IMG/VR virus record: IMGVR_UViG_3300026549_000029
Coordinates: 160,001-224,000 of that record
Origin: a virus
Taxonomy: Duplodnaviria; Caudoviricetes
Strand: one strand, 5' to 3'
Length of the DNA: 64,000 bases
The notes under the pieces are model-generated. The model saw only the letters and a program-made list of their open reading frames with translations, was not told where the DNA came from and ran no database searches. Below, piece by piece: positions 10,201 to 17,913 of this stretch (its first letter is position 1; every line of letters starts with the position of its first letter). Made by a program: the position numbers and the translations under genes.

Positions 10201-12932
10201 ATACCAAGTCCAGTAATATCTGCTTTAGCAACAGCTGCAGTAGCAGATACATGACCGGTTTCATCTACAGTAAACTTTCTTAATGCAGATGCAGCACTAG
10301 TATAAGTAGGATGAGTATAGTTATTAGCAGATGCAGCAATAGAATCTAATTTAGTCTTATCTGTAGATGTCATAAGACCATTAGTACCAGTAGTAACAGC
10401 AGCATAAGTAGTATCAGTTACTTCACCAGTATAGCCATTGCTACCAGTAAGTTTAATATTATTACCGGTTTTAGTAAGTGTATAAGTTGTATCAGTATTT
10501 TTAGCTAAAACAACATAAGTTGTTCCAGACCATCTATAAATATTATTTTCCTGCTGTGATGTATCTACATAAATAATTCCAGCAGTACCACTAGTTGGAA
10601 ATGCAGCAGTACCATTGAATTCAAGAACATCATCTACATAAGCAGGTAAATAAGTAGAATCAATTAATCCAGAAGCATTTAATGGAGCTACACCATTATT
10701 AGCACCAATATAGCTAGAAGGAATAGCACCGATATTAGCAGGAGTAATATTCACATTACCAGTTCTATAATTAGTTTCAGCATTACCTTTAACACCAGTT
10801 ATGCTATTAACCTGAGCACCTGCAGCAATACCATCTAACTTAGATTTATCAGTACTAGTCATAAGACCATTTGCAGCAGTAGTGACAGCAGCATAAGTAG
10901 TATTATTATCAGTATTATACTTAGTACCAGCTTTCCAACCTGCACCTGTTAATACATAGCCACTAGTAGCATAATTAGTAGTACCATTTTTAGCTGCAGG
11001 AACCAAACCATCTGCAGAAGAAGTAAATGCAGCATAAGTAGTATCTTGTGCTGGTATTCCTAATTCAGTAATATCAGCTTTAGCTACTGCTGCAGTAGCA
11101 GATACATGTCCAGTTCCATCTACAGTAAACTTTCTTAATGCAGATGCTGCAGATGTATAAGTAGGATGAGTATAATTATTAGCAGAAGTATCAATAGAAT
11201 CTAATTTAGTCTTATCAGTACTGGTCATAAGACCATTTGCAGATCCTGTAACAGCAGCATAAGTAGTATTAGTATCAGTATTATACTTAGTACCAGCAGC
11301 CCATCCAGCTCCAGTAAGAACATATGCAGATGTAGCATAATTAGTAGTACCACTTTTAGCGGCAGGTACTAAACCAGCATCGGCCGATGTAAATGCTGCA
11401 TAAGTAGTATCAGTAGCAGAAATGCCCAATGATGTAATATCATCTTTAACTATAGCAGTAGCACTACTTACATGTCCAGTTCCATCTACTGCTACTTTAT
11501 AAAGTCCAGATTCAATACTAGTATAGCTAGGATGAGTATAGTTATTAGCATTATCTGCTATACCATCTAACTTAGTCTTATCTGTAGATGTCATAAGACC
11601 ATTAGCAGATCCTGATACTGCTGCATAAGTAGTATCAGTATTATACTTAGTACCTGCTTGCCATCCAGCTCCAGTTAATACATAACCAGTAGTAGCATAA
11701 TTAGTAGTACCATTCTTTGCAGCAGGTACTAGACCATTAGCTGCACTAGTAAATGCTGCATAAGTAGTATCCTGTGCAGGAATACCTAAACTAGTAATAT
11801 CTGTTTTTTCAATATTAGTTATTTCATATACATGTCCAGTATCATCTACAGCAAATTTTTTCATTCCACTAGCAGCACTAGTATAAGTAGGATGAGTATA
11901 ATTATTAGCATTATCTGCTATACCATCCAATTTAGTCTTATCTGTAGATGTCATAAGACCATTAGCAGATCCAGATACTGCTGCATATGTAGTATCAGTA
12001 TTATACTTAGTACCAGCTTTCCAACCTGCACCAGTAAGAACATACGCAGAAGTAGCCCAGTTAGTAGAACCAGACTTAGCTGCAGGTACTAAACCATCTG
12101 CAGAAGAAGTAAATGCTGCATATGTAGTATCTTGTGCAGGAATACCAAGTCCAGTAATATCTGTTTTTGCAACAGCTGCAGTAGCAGATACATGACCGGT
12201 TCCATCTACAGTAAACTTTCTAAGAGCACTAGCAGCACTAGTATAAGTAGGATGAGTATAATTATTAGCATTATCTGCTATACCATCCAATTTAGTTTTA
12301 TCTGTAGATGTCATAAGACCATTAGCATTAGTAGTAACAGCAGCATATGTAGTATCACTACCCGGAATACCAAGTCCAGTAATATCTGCTTTAGCAACAG
12401 CTGCAGTAGCAGATACATGTCCAGTTCCATCTACAGTAAACTTTCTTAATGCAGATGCTGCAGATGTATAGCTAGGATGAGTATAATTATTAGCAGAAGT
12501 ATCAATAGAATTGAGTTTAATAACCTGATCATTAGTCATTAAACCATTAGTATTAGTAGTTGCAGCTGCATAAGTAGTATCCTGTGCAGGAATACCTAAA
12601 CTAGTAATATCAGTTTTTTCAACAGCAACAGTACTACTTACATGACCAGTTCCATCTACAGTAATTTTTTTAAGCCCATTTGCAGAACTGGTATATGTCG
12701 GATGAGTATAATTATTAGCAGAGGTAGCAATTGTATCTAATTTCTTTTTATCTACACTAGACATAAGTCCATTAGCACTAGTGGTAGCTGTATTCTTAAG
12801 ATTAGTAACTTCTGTTTGTACAGAATTACCATTATCCATTTCTACAGAATTAGCATTAGTCCACTGTGATAAGGTCTTATAGCCAGCATCAGTTAAAACA
12901 TGTCGTTTAGTTTTAACAAAGTTATCAGCCAT
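7230..12932 (-). CDS. Giant modular repeat tail fibre / adhesin (~1900 aa)
   Basis: GAAAGGA RBS favours ATG 12932 (MADNF). Repeats GLMTSTDKTKLD, NNYTHP, VDGTGHV, GLVPA and DTTY are typical of Firmicutes phage fibres. Confidence 0.8.
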   Translation of the reverse strand: MADNFVKTKRHVLTDAGYKTLSQWTNANSVEMDNGNSVQTEVTNLKNTATTSANGLMSSVDKKKLDTIATSANNYTHPTYTSSANGLKKITVDGTGHVSSTVAVEKTDITSLGIPAQDTTYAAATTNTNGLMTNDQVIKLNSIDTSANNYTHPSYTSAASALRKFTVDGTGHVSATAAVAKADITGLGIPGSDTTYAAVTTNANGLMTSTDKTKLDGIADNANNYTHPTYTSAASALRKFTVDGTGHVSATAAVAKTDITGLGIPAQDTTYAAFTSSADGLVPAAKSGSTNWATSAYVLTGAGWKAGTKYNTDTTYAAVSGSANGLMTSTDKTKLDGIADNANNYTHPTYTSAASGMKKFAVDDTGHVYEITNIEKTDITSLGIPAQDTTYAAFTSAANGLVPAAKNGTTNYATTGYVLTGAGWQAGTKYNTDTTYAAVSGSANGLMTSTDKTKLDGIADNANNYTHPSYTSIESGLYKVAVDGTGHVSSATAIVKDDITSLGISATDTTYAAFTSADAGLVPAAKSGTTNYATSAYVLTGAGWAAGTKYNTDTNTTYAAVTGSANGLMTSTDKTKLDSIDTSANNYTHPTYTSAASALRKFTVDGTGHVSATAAVAKADITELGIPAQDTTYAAFTSSADGLVPAAKNGTTNYATSGYVLTGAGWKAGTKYNTDNNTTYAAVTTAANGLMTSTDKSKLDGIAAGAQVNSITGVKGNAETNYRTGNVNITPANIGAIPSSYIGANNGVAPLNASGLIDSTYLPAYVDDVLEFNGTAAFPTSGTAGIIYVDTSQQENNIYRWSGTTYVVLAKNTDTTYTLTKTGNNIKLTGSNGYTGEVTDTTYAAVTTGTNGLMTSTDKTKLDSIAASANNYTHPTYTSAASALRKFTVDETGHVSATAAVAKADITGLGIPAQDTTYAAFTSIANGLVPAAKNGTTNYATTGYVLTGAGWQAGTKYNVDNNTTYAAVTTAVNGLMTSTDKTKLDGIADNANNYTHPTYTSAASGLYKVAVDGTGHVSGATAVEKTDITNLGIPAQDTTYAAFTSAANGLVPAAKNGSTSYLTSAYVLTGAGWKAGTKYNTDTTYAAVSGSANGLMTSTDKTKLDSIDTSANNYTHPTYTSAASALRKFTVDGTGHVSATAAVAKADITGLGIPGSDTTYANFGSGSAGLVPAPTTDQATSGYVLTGTGWAAGTKYNTDTTYATFTSAANGLVPAAKSGSTSYLTSAYVLTGAGWKAGTKYNTDTNTTYAAVTTGADGLMTSTDKSKLDGIADNANNYTHPSYTSAASGLYKVAVDGTGHVSGATAIVKDDITGLGIPAQDTTYATFTSAANGLVPAAKSGTTNYATSAYVLTGAGWKAGTKYNVDNNTTYAAVTTAADGLMTSTDKTKLDAIAASANNYTHPTYTSAASALRKFTVDGTGHVSATAAVAKADITGLGIPGSDTTYANFTSAASGLVPAAKNGTTNYATSAYVLTGAGWASGTKYNTDTTYANFGSGSAGLVPAPTTDQATSGYVLTGAGWQAGTKYNTDTNTTYATFTSAANGLVPAAKSGTTNLATTGYVLTGAGWQAGTKYNVDNNTTYAAVTTAANGLMTSTDKSKLDGIADNANNYTHPTYTSAASGLYKVAVDGTGHVSGATAVSQSDITGLGIASNSTFTSAANGLVPAAKSGTTNYATTGYVLTGAGWAAGTKYNTDNNTTYATFTSAANGLVPAAKNGSTSYLTSAYVLTGAGWQSGTKYNTDTTYANFGSGSAGLVPAPTTDQATSGYVLTGTGWAAGAKYNTDTTYANFGSGSAGLVPAPTTTQATSGYVLTGTGWAAGAKYNTDTTYATFTSAANGLVPAAKSGTTSWATTGYVLTGAGWQAGTKYNTDTNTTYAAATTAAAGLTKASYVDGTTLYVF
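7300..12790 (-). repeat. Interspersed coding repeats of three module types (about 12 A, 13 B, 4 C)
   Basis: Near-identical DNA and protein modules joined at DTTY hinges; counted from the translation. Confidence 0.9.
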
Positions 12933-12963
12933 CGTATTAATTCCTTTCACAAATTATAGTTTT

Positions 12964-13992
12964 TTATAAAGAATTAATAAAGTCTGCAAGACTGACCACT
13001 TCAATAAATTCACAATTACCAATTTCAGCTTCATGTTTAATTTTATTATAATACATAGGATCAGAATATAAGAAATTTAAAATATCATGTCTGGTACAAT
13101 TAAATTCTTTACATATTCTATTTACTGTATATTTAATAATTTTAATATTATCCTTTTTTACATTATCTGCACCTTTAGACCAAACAAAACTTTGATAATA
13201 AAAATACAAATAAAGTACAGTAGAACTTAACTGCCGAAAGAAGTAATCTTTAAGATTATTGCATTTATGATATGCCCCTAACCAAGGTTCAAGAATAGCA
13301 TATATATAATCTTTAAAATAGGTTTCGATAAATCCATTTGTAGCTCTAGCATAGCGTCTACTCATAGAATCTGCTCTATAAACCCATTTATAAGTATAGA
13401 ATTTTTCTAATTTAGTATATCCATATCCTTTAGCAACCATAGTAGCAATAACTAAACTATTGAAGTATAAGTCTTCATGAGTATACAAATTTTCCTTAAA
13501 GTCTATTCCTTCATCAATAAGCCATTGCCTATTATAAAATTTACCATGCATCCAAGTAATACCATCAAAGATTTGCATATAATTACCAGTTTCAACAAAA
13601 TAGTCTCTAAAAGGTGTATATAAAAATCTTTCTTCATTATTATCTTCAATTCCTTTTTTGATATCTTTAAACACATCTGGTTCAAACATATCATCATTAT
13701 CAATAAAAGTAATCCATTCTCCAGTTGCATGATGCCAACCATCGAATCTAGTATTACCAGGACAATGAAGCTCTCTAGGAATAGTTTGAAAATATTTTAT
13801 ATTAAGTTTATCAATATAAGGGACTACATTATCCATAAAATTATCTGTAGAATGATCATCACAGATAATAATTTCAAGATCATCATCATGCTGATCAAGA
13901 ATAGAATCAAGTAGTCTTGCTATAGTATCCCTACAATTATATGCAGGAATAATAATAGATAACCAATTTGAATTAGGATTATGTTTTTTCAT
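12964..13992 (-). CDS. Glycosyltransferase family 2
   Basis: SIIIPAYN, IIICDDHSTD, TGEWITFIDNDD (DxD), HED. Confidence 0.9.
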   Translation of the reverse strand: MKKHNPNSNWLSIIIPAYNCRDTIARLLDSILDQHDDDLEIIICDDHSTDNFMDNVVPYIDKLNIKYFQTIPRELHCPGNTRFDGWHHATGEWITFIDNDDMFEPDVFKDIKKGIEDNNEERFLYTPFRDYFVETGNYMQIFDGITWMHGKFYNRQWLIDEGIDFKENLYTHEDLYFNSLVIATMVAKGYGYTKLEKFYTYKWVYRADSMSRRYARATNGFIETYFKDYIYAILEPWLGAYHKCNNLKDYFFRQLSSTVLYLYFYYQSFVWSKGADNVKKDNIKIIKYTVNRICKEFNCTRHDILNFLYSDPMYYNKIKHEAEIGNCEFIEVVSLADFINSL

Positions 13993-14048
13993 ATTTTATT
14001 TTCTCCTAAAATAATTTATCAATTTATAGATGTGCTGATTTATCAAGT

Positions 14049-14222
14049 TTAATTAGTAATAATCTCTGTCCAAAATGCTCCAACATTTTGAGTTCCACTA
14101 GCAGGCTGAGTAGAGGAATAAATTTCATCATTTTTAAGTGCTGAAGAAGCACTATCTCTAGCAGAGAGATCTTTAATATTATATACTGTATCGTTTACTT
14201 TAAGTTTGGAAATGTCTGCCAT
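14049..14222 (-). CDS. 57-aa fibre-associated protein (not in ORF track)
   Basis: GGAGG RBS; MADISKLKVNDTVYNIKDLSAR...GAFWTEIITN; N-terminus resembles MAKLNVNGSIYWLKD of ORF 15739-17112. Confidence 0.75.
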   Translation of the reverse strand: MADISKLKVNDTVYNIKDLSARDSASSALKNDEIYSSTQPASGTQNVGAFWTEIITN

Positions 14223-14241
14223 AATATTTCCTCCAAAAGAT

Positions 14242-14493
14242 TTAAATTAGTTCTAACATTTCTTTATCTTCATGATACTTTGTTTTATATTTGGATGCCG
14301 AATGATTTTCTTGTACAAGATCTGGCAAATTATGTAGATTATCAATCCCATTACCAAATCTTATAGTTTGAGATCCATCTTCATTCTCCATAATAATAAT
14401 TGTACCAATCGGAGGAATATAGTTCTGGGCTTTTAACCAATTTACGGTGCTATCTCTTTTGACGATGGCTGCACCTCTTTTATTATTACTCAT
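14242..14493 (-). CDS. Mtd_N / hyaluronidase N-terminal-like fibre domain protein
   Basis: KRDSTVNW...YIP..GTIII...IRFGNG...LHNLP matches the Mtd N-terminal pattern; AAAGGAG RBS. Confidence 0.65.
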   Translation of the reverse strand: MSNNKRGAAIVKRDSTVNWLKAQNYIPPIGTIIIMENEDGSQTIRFGNGIDNLHNLPDLVQENHSASKYKTKYHEDKEMLELI

Positions 14494-14566
14494 CTATATT
14501 ACACTCCTTTTATCTCTTTTCAAAAAGAAAGTATGGTGCTGTATAGACATCTTTTCAGCCTATAAA

Positions 14567-15610
14567 TTATTCATTTGAAATTTTTATATTATCATAAAGA
14601 AAATCATAGAAACTTTCTCTTTCTATAAATTTATTACTTCCAATCTCAGCATCTTTTCTAATTTCAGCAAAAAAGTCTGGATTATTTGTAATATCTTTAT
14701 AGATATCATCTACAGTTTTATCAAATTCTTTACATACTCTATTGATTGTGTCTATAATAAGATTTATATTAGACTTTATTATTCCATCTTCACCTTTAGA
14801 ATATTTAAAGGCTTGAATATAAAAATACATATATAGTATCATCATTATCATGTGATCATAATACTCTTGATAATTATCAGGATATTTATGAAAACAATTA
14901 AACCAGGGGTCAACAGCTGAATGGACATAATCTTTAAAACAAGTTTCTAGTAAGCTATGTTTACTGGTATCAAACGATCTAGTGAAAGATTTAGGATTAT
15001 AGCTCCATTTATAAGTACATACATCAAACTTTCTTAATTCTGAATTTTGTCCACCTAATTCTGCCATAACTTGACCATTGAAATGCAAATCTTCATTTGT
15101 ATATAGATTTTCTTCAAAATCTATACTAGACTCAATGAGCCAGTATCTATTATAAAATTTACCATGTAACCAAGTTCCACCATCAAAAGTTAAACCATAT
15201 TGACCAATGATTGGATTATAATCCCTGAATGATGTGTATATTAATTTTTGTTCTCCAGTCTCTTCAATCAATTCTTTAATTTTCTTAAATACGTCTGGCT
15301 CAAACATATCATCATCATCGATAAAAGTAATCCATTCTCCAGTAGCTATTTTCCAGCCATCAAATCTGGTATTACTAGGACAGTGAATCTCTCTTGGTTT
15401 AGTTTTACAATATTTTATTTTGAGATTCTCCATATAAGGATAAACCTTATCCATAAAATTATCAGTAGATTGATCATCGCAGATAATTATTTCTACATCA
15501 TCTGTATCTTGAATAACTATAGAGTCTAATAATCGTTCAATAGTATCAGAACAATTGTGTGCTGGTATTAGGACTGATAGCCAATAATCACCTTTATAGT
15601 GTTTATACAT
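14567..15610 (-). CDS. Glycosyltransferase family 2 (paralog of 12964-13992)
   Basis: SVLIPAHN, ICDDQSTD, FIDDDD, HGKFYNR, NED. GGAGAG RBS favours ATG 15610. Late motif GACA-N6-TA at 15652-15663. Confidence 0.9.
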   Translation of the reverse strand: MYKHYKGDYWLSVLIPAHNCSDTIERLLDSIVIQDTDDVEIIICDDQSTDNFMDKVYPYMENLKIKYCKTKPREIHCPSNTRFDGWKIATGEWITFIDDDDMFEPDVFKKIKELIEETGEQKLIYTSFRDYNPIIGQYGLTFDGGTWLHGKFYNRYWLIESSIDFEENLYTNEDLHFNGQVMAELGGQNSELRKFDVCTYKWSYNPKSFTRSFDTSKHSLLETCFKDYVHSAVDPWFNCFHKYPDNYQEYYDHMIMMILYMYFYIQAFKYSKGEDGIIKSNINLIIDTINRVCKEFDKTVDDIYKDITNNPDFFAEIRKDAEIGSNKFIERESFYDFLYDNIKISNE

Positions 15611-15682
15611 TTTTATTCTCTCCATCTTATTATGACAATACCAATTCTGTATAATAAGATGTCAATTCAATAAAAAACTAGA

Positions 15683-15702
15683 GAGGGGAGATAACTCCCC
15701 TC
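15683..15702 (-). terminator. Intrinsic terminator
   Basis: GAGGGGAG-ataa-CTCCCCTC, with an A-run on the left that reads as a U-run on the minus strand. Confidence 0.7.
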
Positions 15703-15738
15703 CCCAATAATTCTAGTTTTATCCAAAATAAGACTAAA

Positions 15739-17112
15739 TCAGGACACAGTAACAGTCTTATCAGTCTTGTTAAGGGTAAGGCTCTTGGTCTCGGTTGCAA
15801 CAGTGATGGAACCATCAGCAAGAGCATCAGAAGTGGTGGCAGCAGTCGGAGTAACAGATTTAGCAGTACCAGAGAACTCTGCAGTGAAGGTCGGCTGAGT
15901 AACAACAGCATTAGCAGTTTCAAATGCAGGAGTAGCACCAAGAACAGTACCAACACCACTGAAGGAAGCATCACCATCATAAGCTGCAGTAGCAGAAGCA
16001 ACACTAGTAGCAACATCCTTTGTTCCAAAGGTCGGAAGAGCACCAGAAATGGTCTGCTTAGTATAAGTGATAGCACCAGCTTCAGTAACAGCATCGGTAT
16101 AGAACTCAGTATCAGTAGATGCAACATAAGCAAGGTTCAGCTGCTCAGTATCGGTAGTATCCATAGCAAAGGATACACCCTTCTTAACAAACTTAGCAGT
16201 TGTATCAGAAGCCTTAGTAACTGCACCATCACTCAGAGTATATGCAGTACCAGCATCGGTAACAGTAGCAACTGCTTCCTTACCAAGAGTAACAGTAGCA
16301 GTGATACTCGGCAGAGTAATGGAACCATCAGGAGTATAGGTAGCAGTCTGACCATCACCAACAGCACCTGCAGAAACAGTAATAGAAGAAGTCTTCTGAT
16401 AGGTAGCAGCTGCAGCAGTACCAGCAGTAAGAGCAACAGTACCAGCCGGAGTAACATCAAGAGCATTCCAAGTCTGAGGAACAGCAACGGTGTTACCACT
16501 AATAGCATACTCACCAGCCTTAGCTACAGTGATATCATCAATAGAATCAGCAGTAGCAACAGTACCAGTAGCAGTATCCTTATGTGCAAGAGCCTTAAGA
16601 TTCAGAGCAGAAGCAGCCTCAAGCTCAGAAACAGTAATACTGTGATCAAGAGCAATACCAGCAACAGTGGTGGTCTTCGGAACATAAGTAGCAGCTGCAG
16701 AAGCAATGGTCAGATAGATATTCTGGTCACCGAGCTCTTCCCATGCAGAGCCACTATAGATATATTCCTTACCATTACCCTTAATAACAACAACATCACC
16801 AGCCTCAGGATCAGTGACAACACGAGCAATAGCCTGAGTATCAGTCTCTTCATTCTGCTTTTCAACAATACCTCTAAAGTGCATAACACCTTCAAGGTCA
16901 GCAATCTGCTCCTCAACCCAAGCCTGGATTGCAGCAGAAGTTACAAGGTTAACACTATCTTCAGTAAAGGTAGTATCAACATTCTTAAGAACAGCATCAC
17001 CAAAAGTAGCAATAATACCACGAAGATCAGCATCTTTCAGCCAATAGATAGAGCCATTGACATTAAGCTTAGCCATTGTCTGATTATGCTCATAAGTAGG
17101 TGTAAAAGCCAT
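15739..17112 (-). CDS. Thr/Ala-rich fibre or decoration structural protein
   Basis: MHFRG...GDVV...EYIY.G..WEELGD, TPAGTV and FSGT motifs; strongly expressed codon bias. Confidence 0.7.
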   Translation of the reverse strand: MAFTPTYEHNQTMAKLNVNGSIYWLKDADLRGIIATFGDAVLKNVDTTFTEDSVNLVTSAAIQAWVEEQIADLEGVMHFRGIVEKQNEETDTQAIARVVTDPEAGDVVVIKGNGKEYIYSGSAWEELGDQNIYLTIASAAATYVPKTTTVAGIALDHSITVSELEAASALNLKALAHKDTATGTVATADSIDDITVAKAGEYAISGNTVAVPQTWNALDVTPAGTVALTAGTAAAATYQKTSSITVSAGAVGDGQTATYTPDGSITLPSITATVTLGKEAVATVTDAGTAYTLSDGAVTKASDTTAKFVKKGVSFAMDTTDTEQLNLAYVASTDTEFYTDAVTEAGAITYTKQTISGALPTFGTKDVATSVASATAAYDGDASFSGVGTVLGATPAFETANAVVTQPTFTAEFSGTAKSVTPTAATTSDALADGSITVATETKSLTLNKTDKTVTVS

Positions 17113-17154
17113 AATATTTATCTCCTTTGTAAGATAGTTGATTTATTAATTTAA

Positions 17155-17895
17155 TTAATTGTTTAAAAATAAGATGGTTTCTTCTGCTGCATTTGTAGTA
17201 ATTTTAAATCGCTGATTAAGTTCTTCAGTTACTATTTTTTGAGAGATGGAACCATCTGTATTTGTGCCAGTACTTTGATACAATTTAGCAATACCAGCAA
17301 GATTCTGATCTGCAAATGGTACATTAGCAATGGCAGATATATAATTTTCTCCATTGTAAATAAAAATAGTGGAGGAAGTTATATCAACATAAATTTTGTA
17401 TTCATATGGAACATATTTAATTCTATGCTCTTCATCTTGGTAAAATTGTCCTTCAAATAAATATCCACGTACTATGATAGCATTTTCCCATTGAACTTTC
17501 TCAATTGGAATTTCAGCATCATCAAGTGTAGTAAAATCAATATTATAGACACCATTAACAGAGCTAATACCTTTTCCAGCCATTGATACGCCAAAAGCTT
17601 CATGAGTGGAAAGAGGAATATCTACTGCCATGTCATTAATAGGAAGTTCTACTCCATTAATAGAAATAGATTCAATTTTACAATAAGAATATTTTTTAAA
17701 TTTACCAGTTTCAGAAGAAATTATTGCAGAATCTTTATTGTATATATAAAGATAACCATCATCTGAGCAAACAGCAAAATATTTGACAGGCATATGGTTA
17801 TCATTTATATTAAACATTTCTTGCTTTGATAATACTAAACGATTATCAATAGCCTCTCTTGTTTTAACTTCAAAACCCTGAACAATTTGTATCAT
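17155..17895 (-). CDS. Fibre-associated structural protein
   Basis: IESISING, AGIAKLY.STG.NTDGSISQK fibre motifs; cluster context. Confidence 0.6.
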   Translation of the reverse strand: MIQIVQGFEVKTREAIDNRLVLSKQEMFNINDNHMPVKYFAVCSDDGYLYIYNKDSAIISSETGKFKKYSYCKIESISINGVELPINDMAVDIPLSTHEAFGVSMAGKGISSVNGVYNIDFTTLDDAEIPIEKVQWENAIIVRGYLFEGQFYQDEEHRIKYVPYEYKIYVDITSSTIFIYNGENYISAIANVPFADQNLAGIAKLYQSTGTNTDGSISQKIVTEELNQRFKITTNAAEETILFLNN

Positions 17896-17913
17896 ATTTA
17901 CACCCCTTCCATA

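Noticed and set aside
7300-12790. Repeats as a CRISPR array or diversity-generating retroelement TR/VR
   Set aside because: The repeats are in-frame coding modules without unique spacers; variation is not adenine-specific; no reverse transcriptase or cas gene is in the window
15678-16916. Leu-rich minus-strand ORFs overlapping 15739-17112
   Set aside because: Alternative-frame reads of GCT/ACT/GTT-rich codons, not membrane proteins
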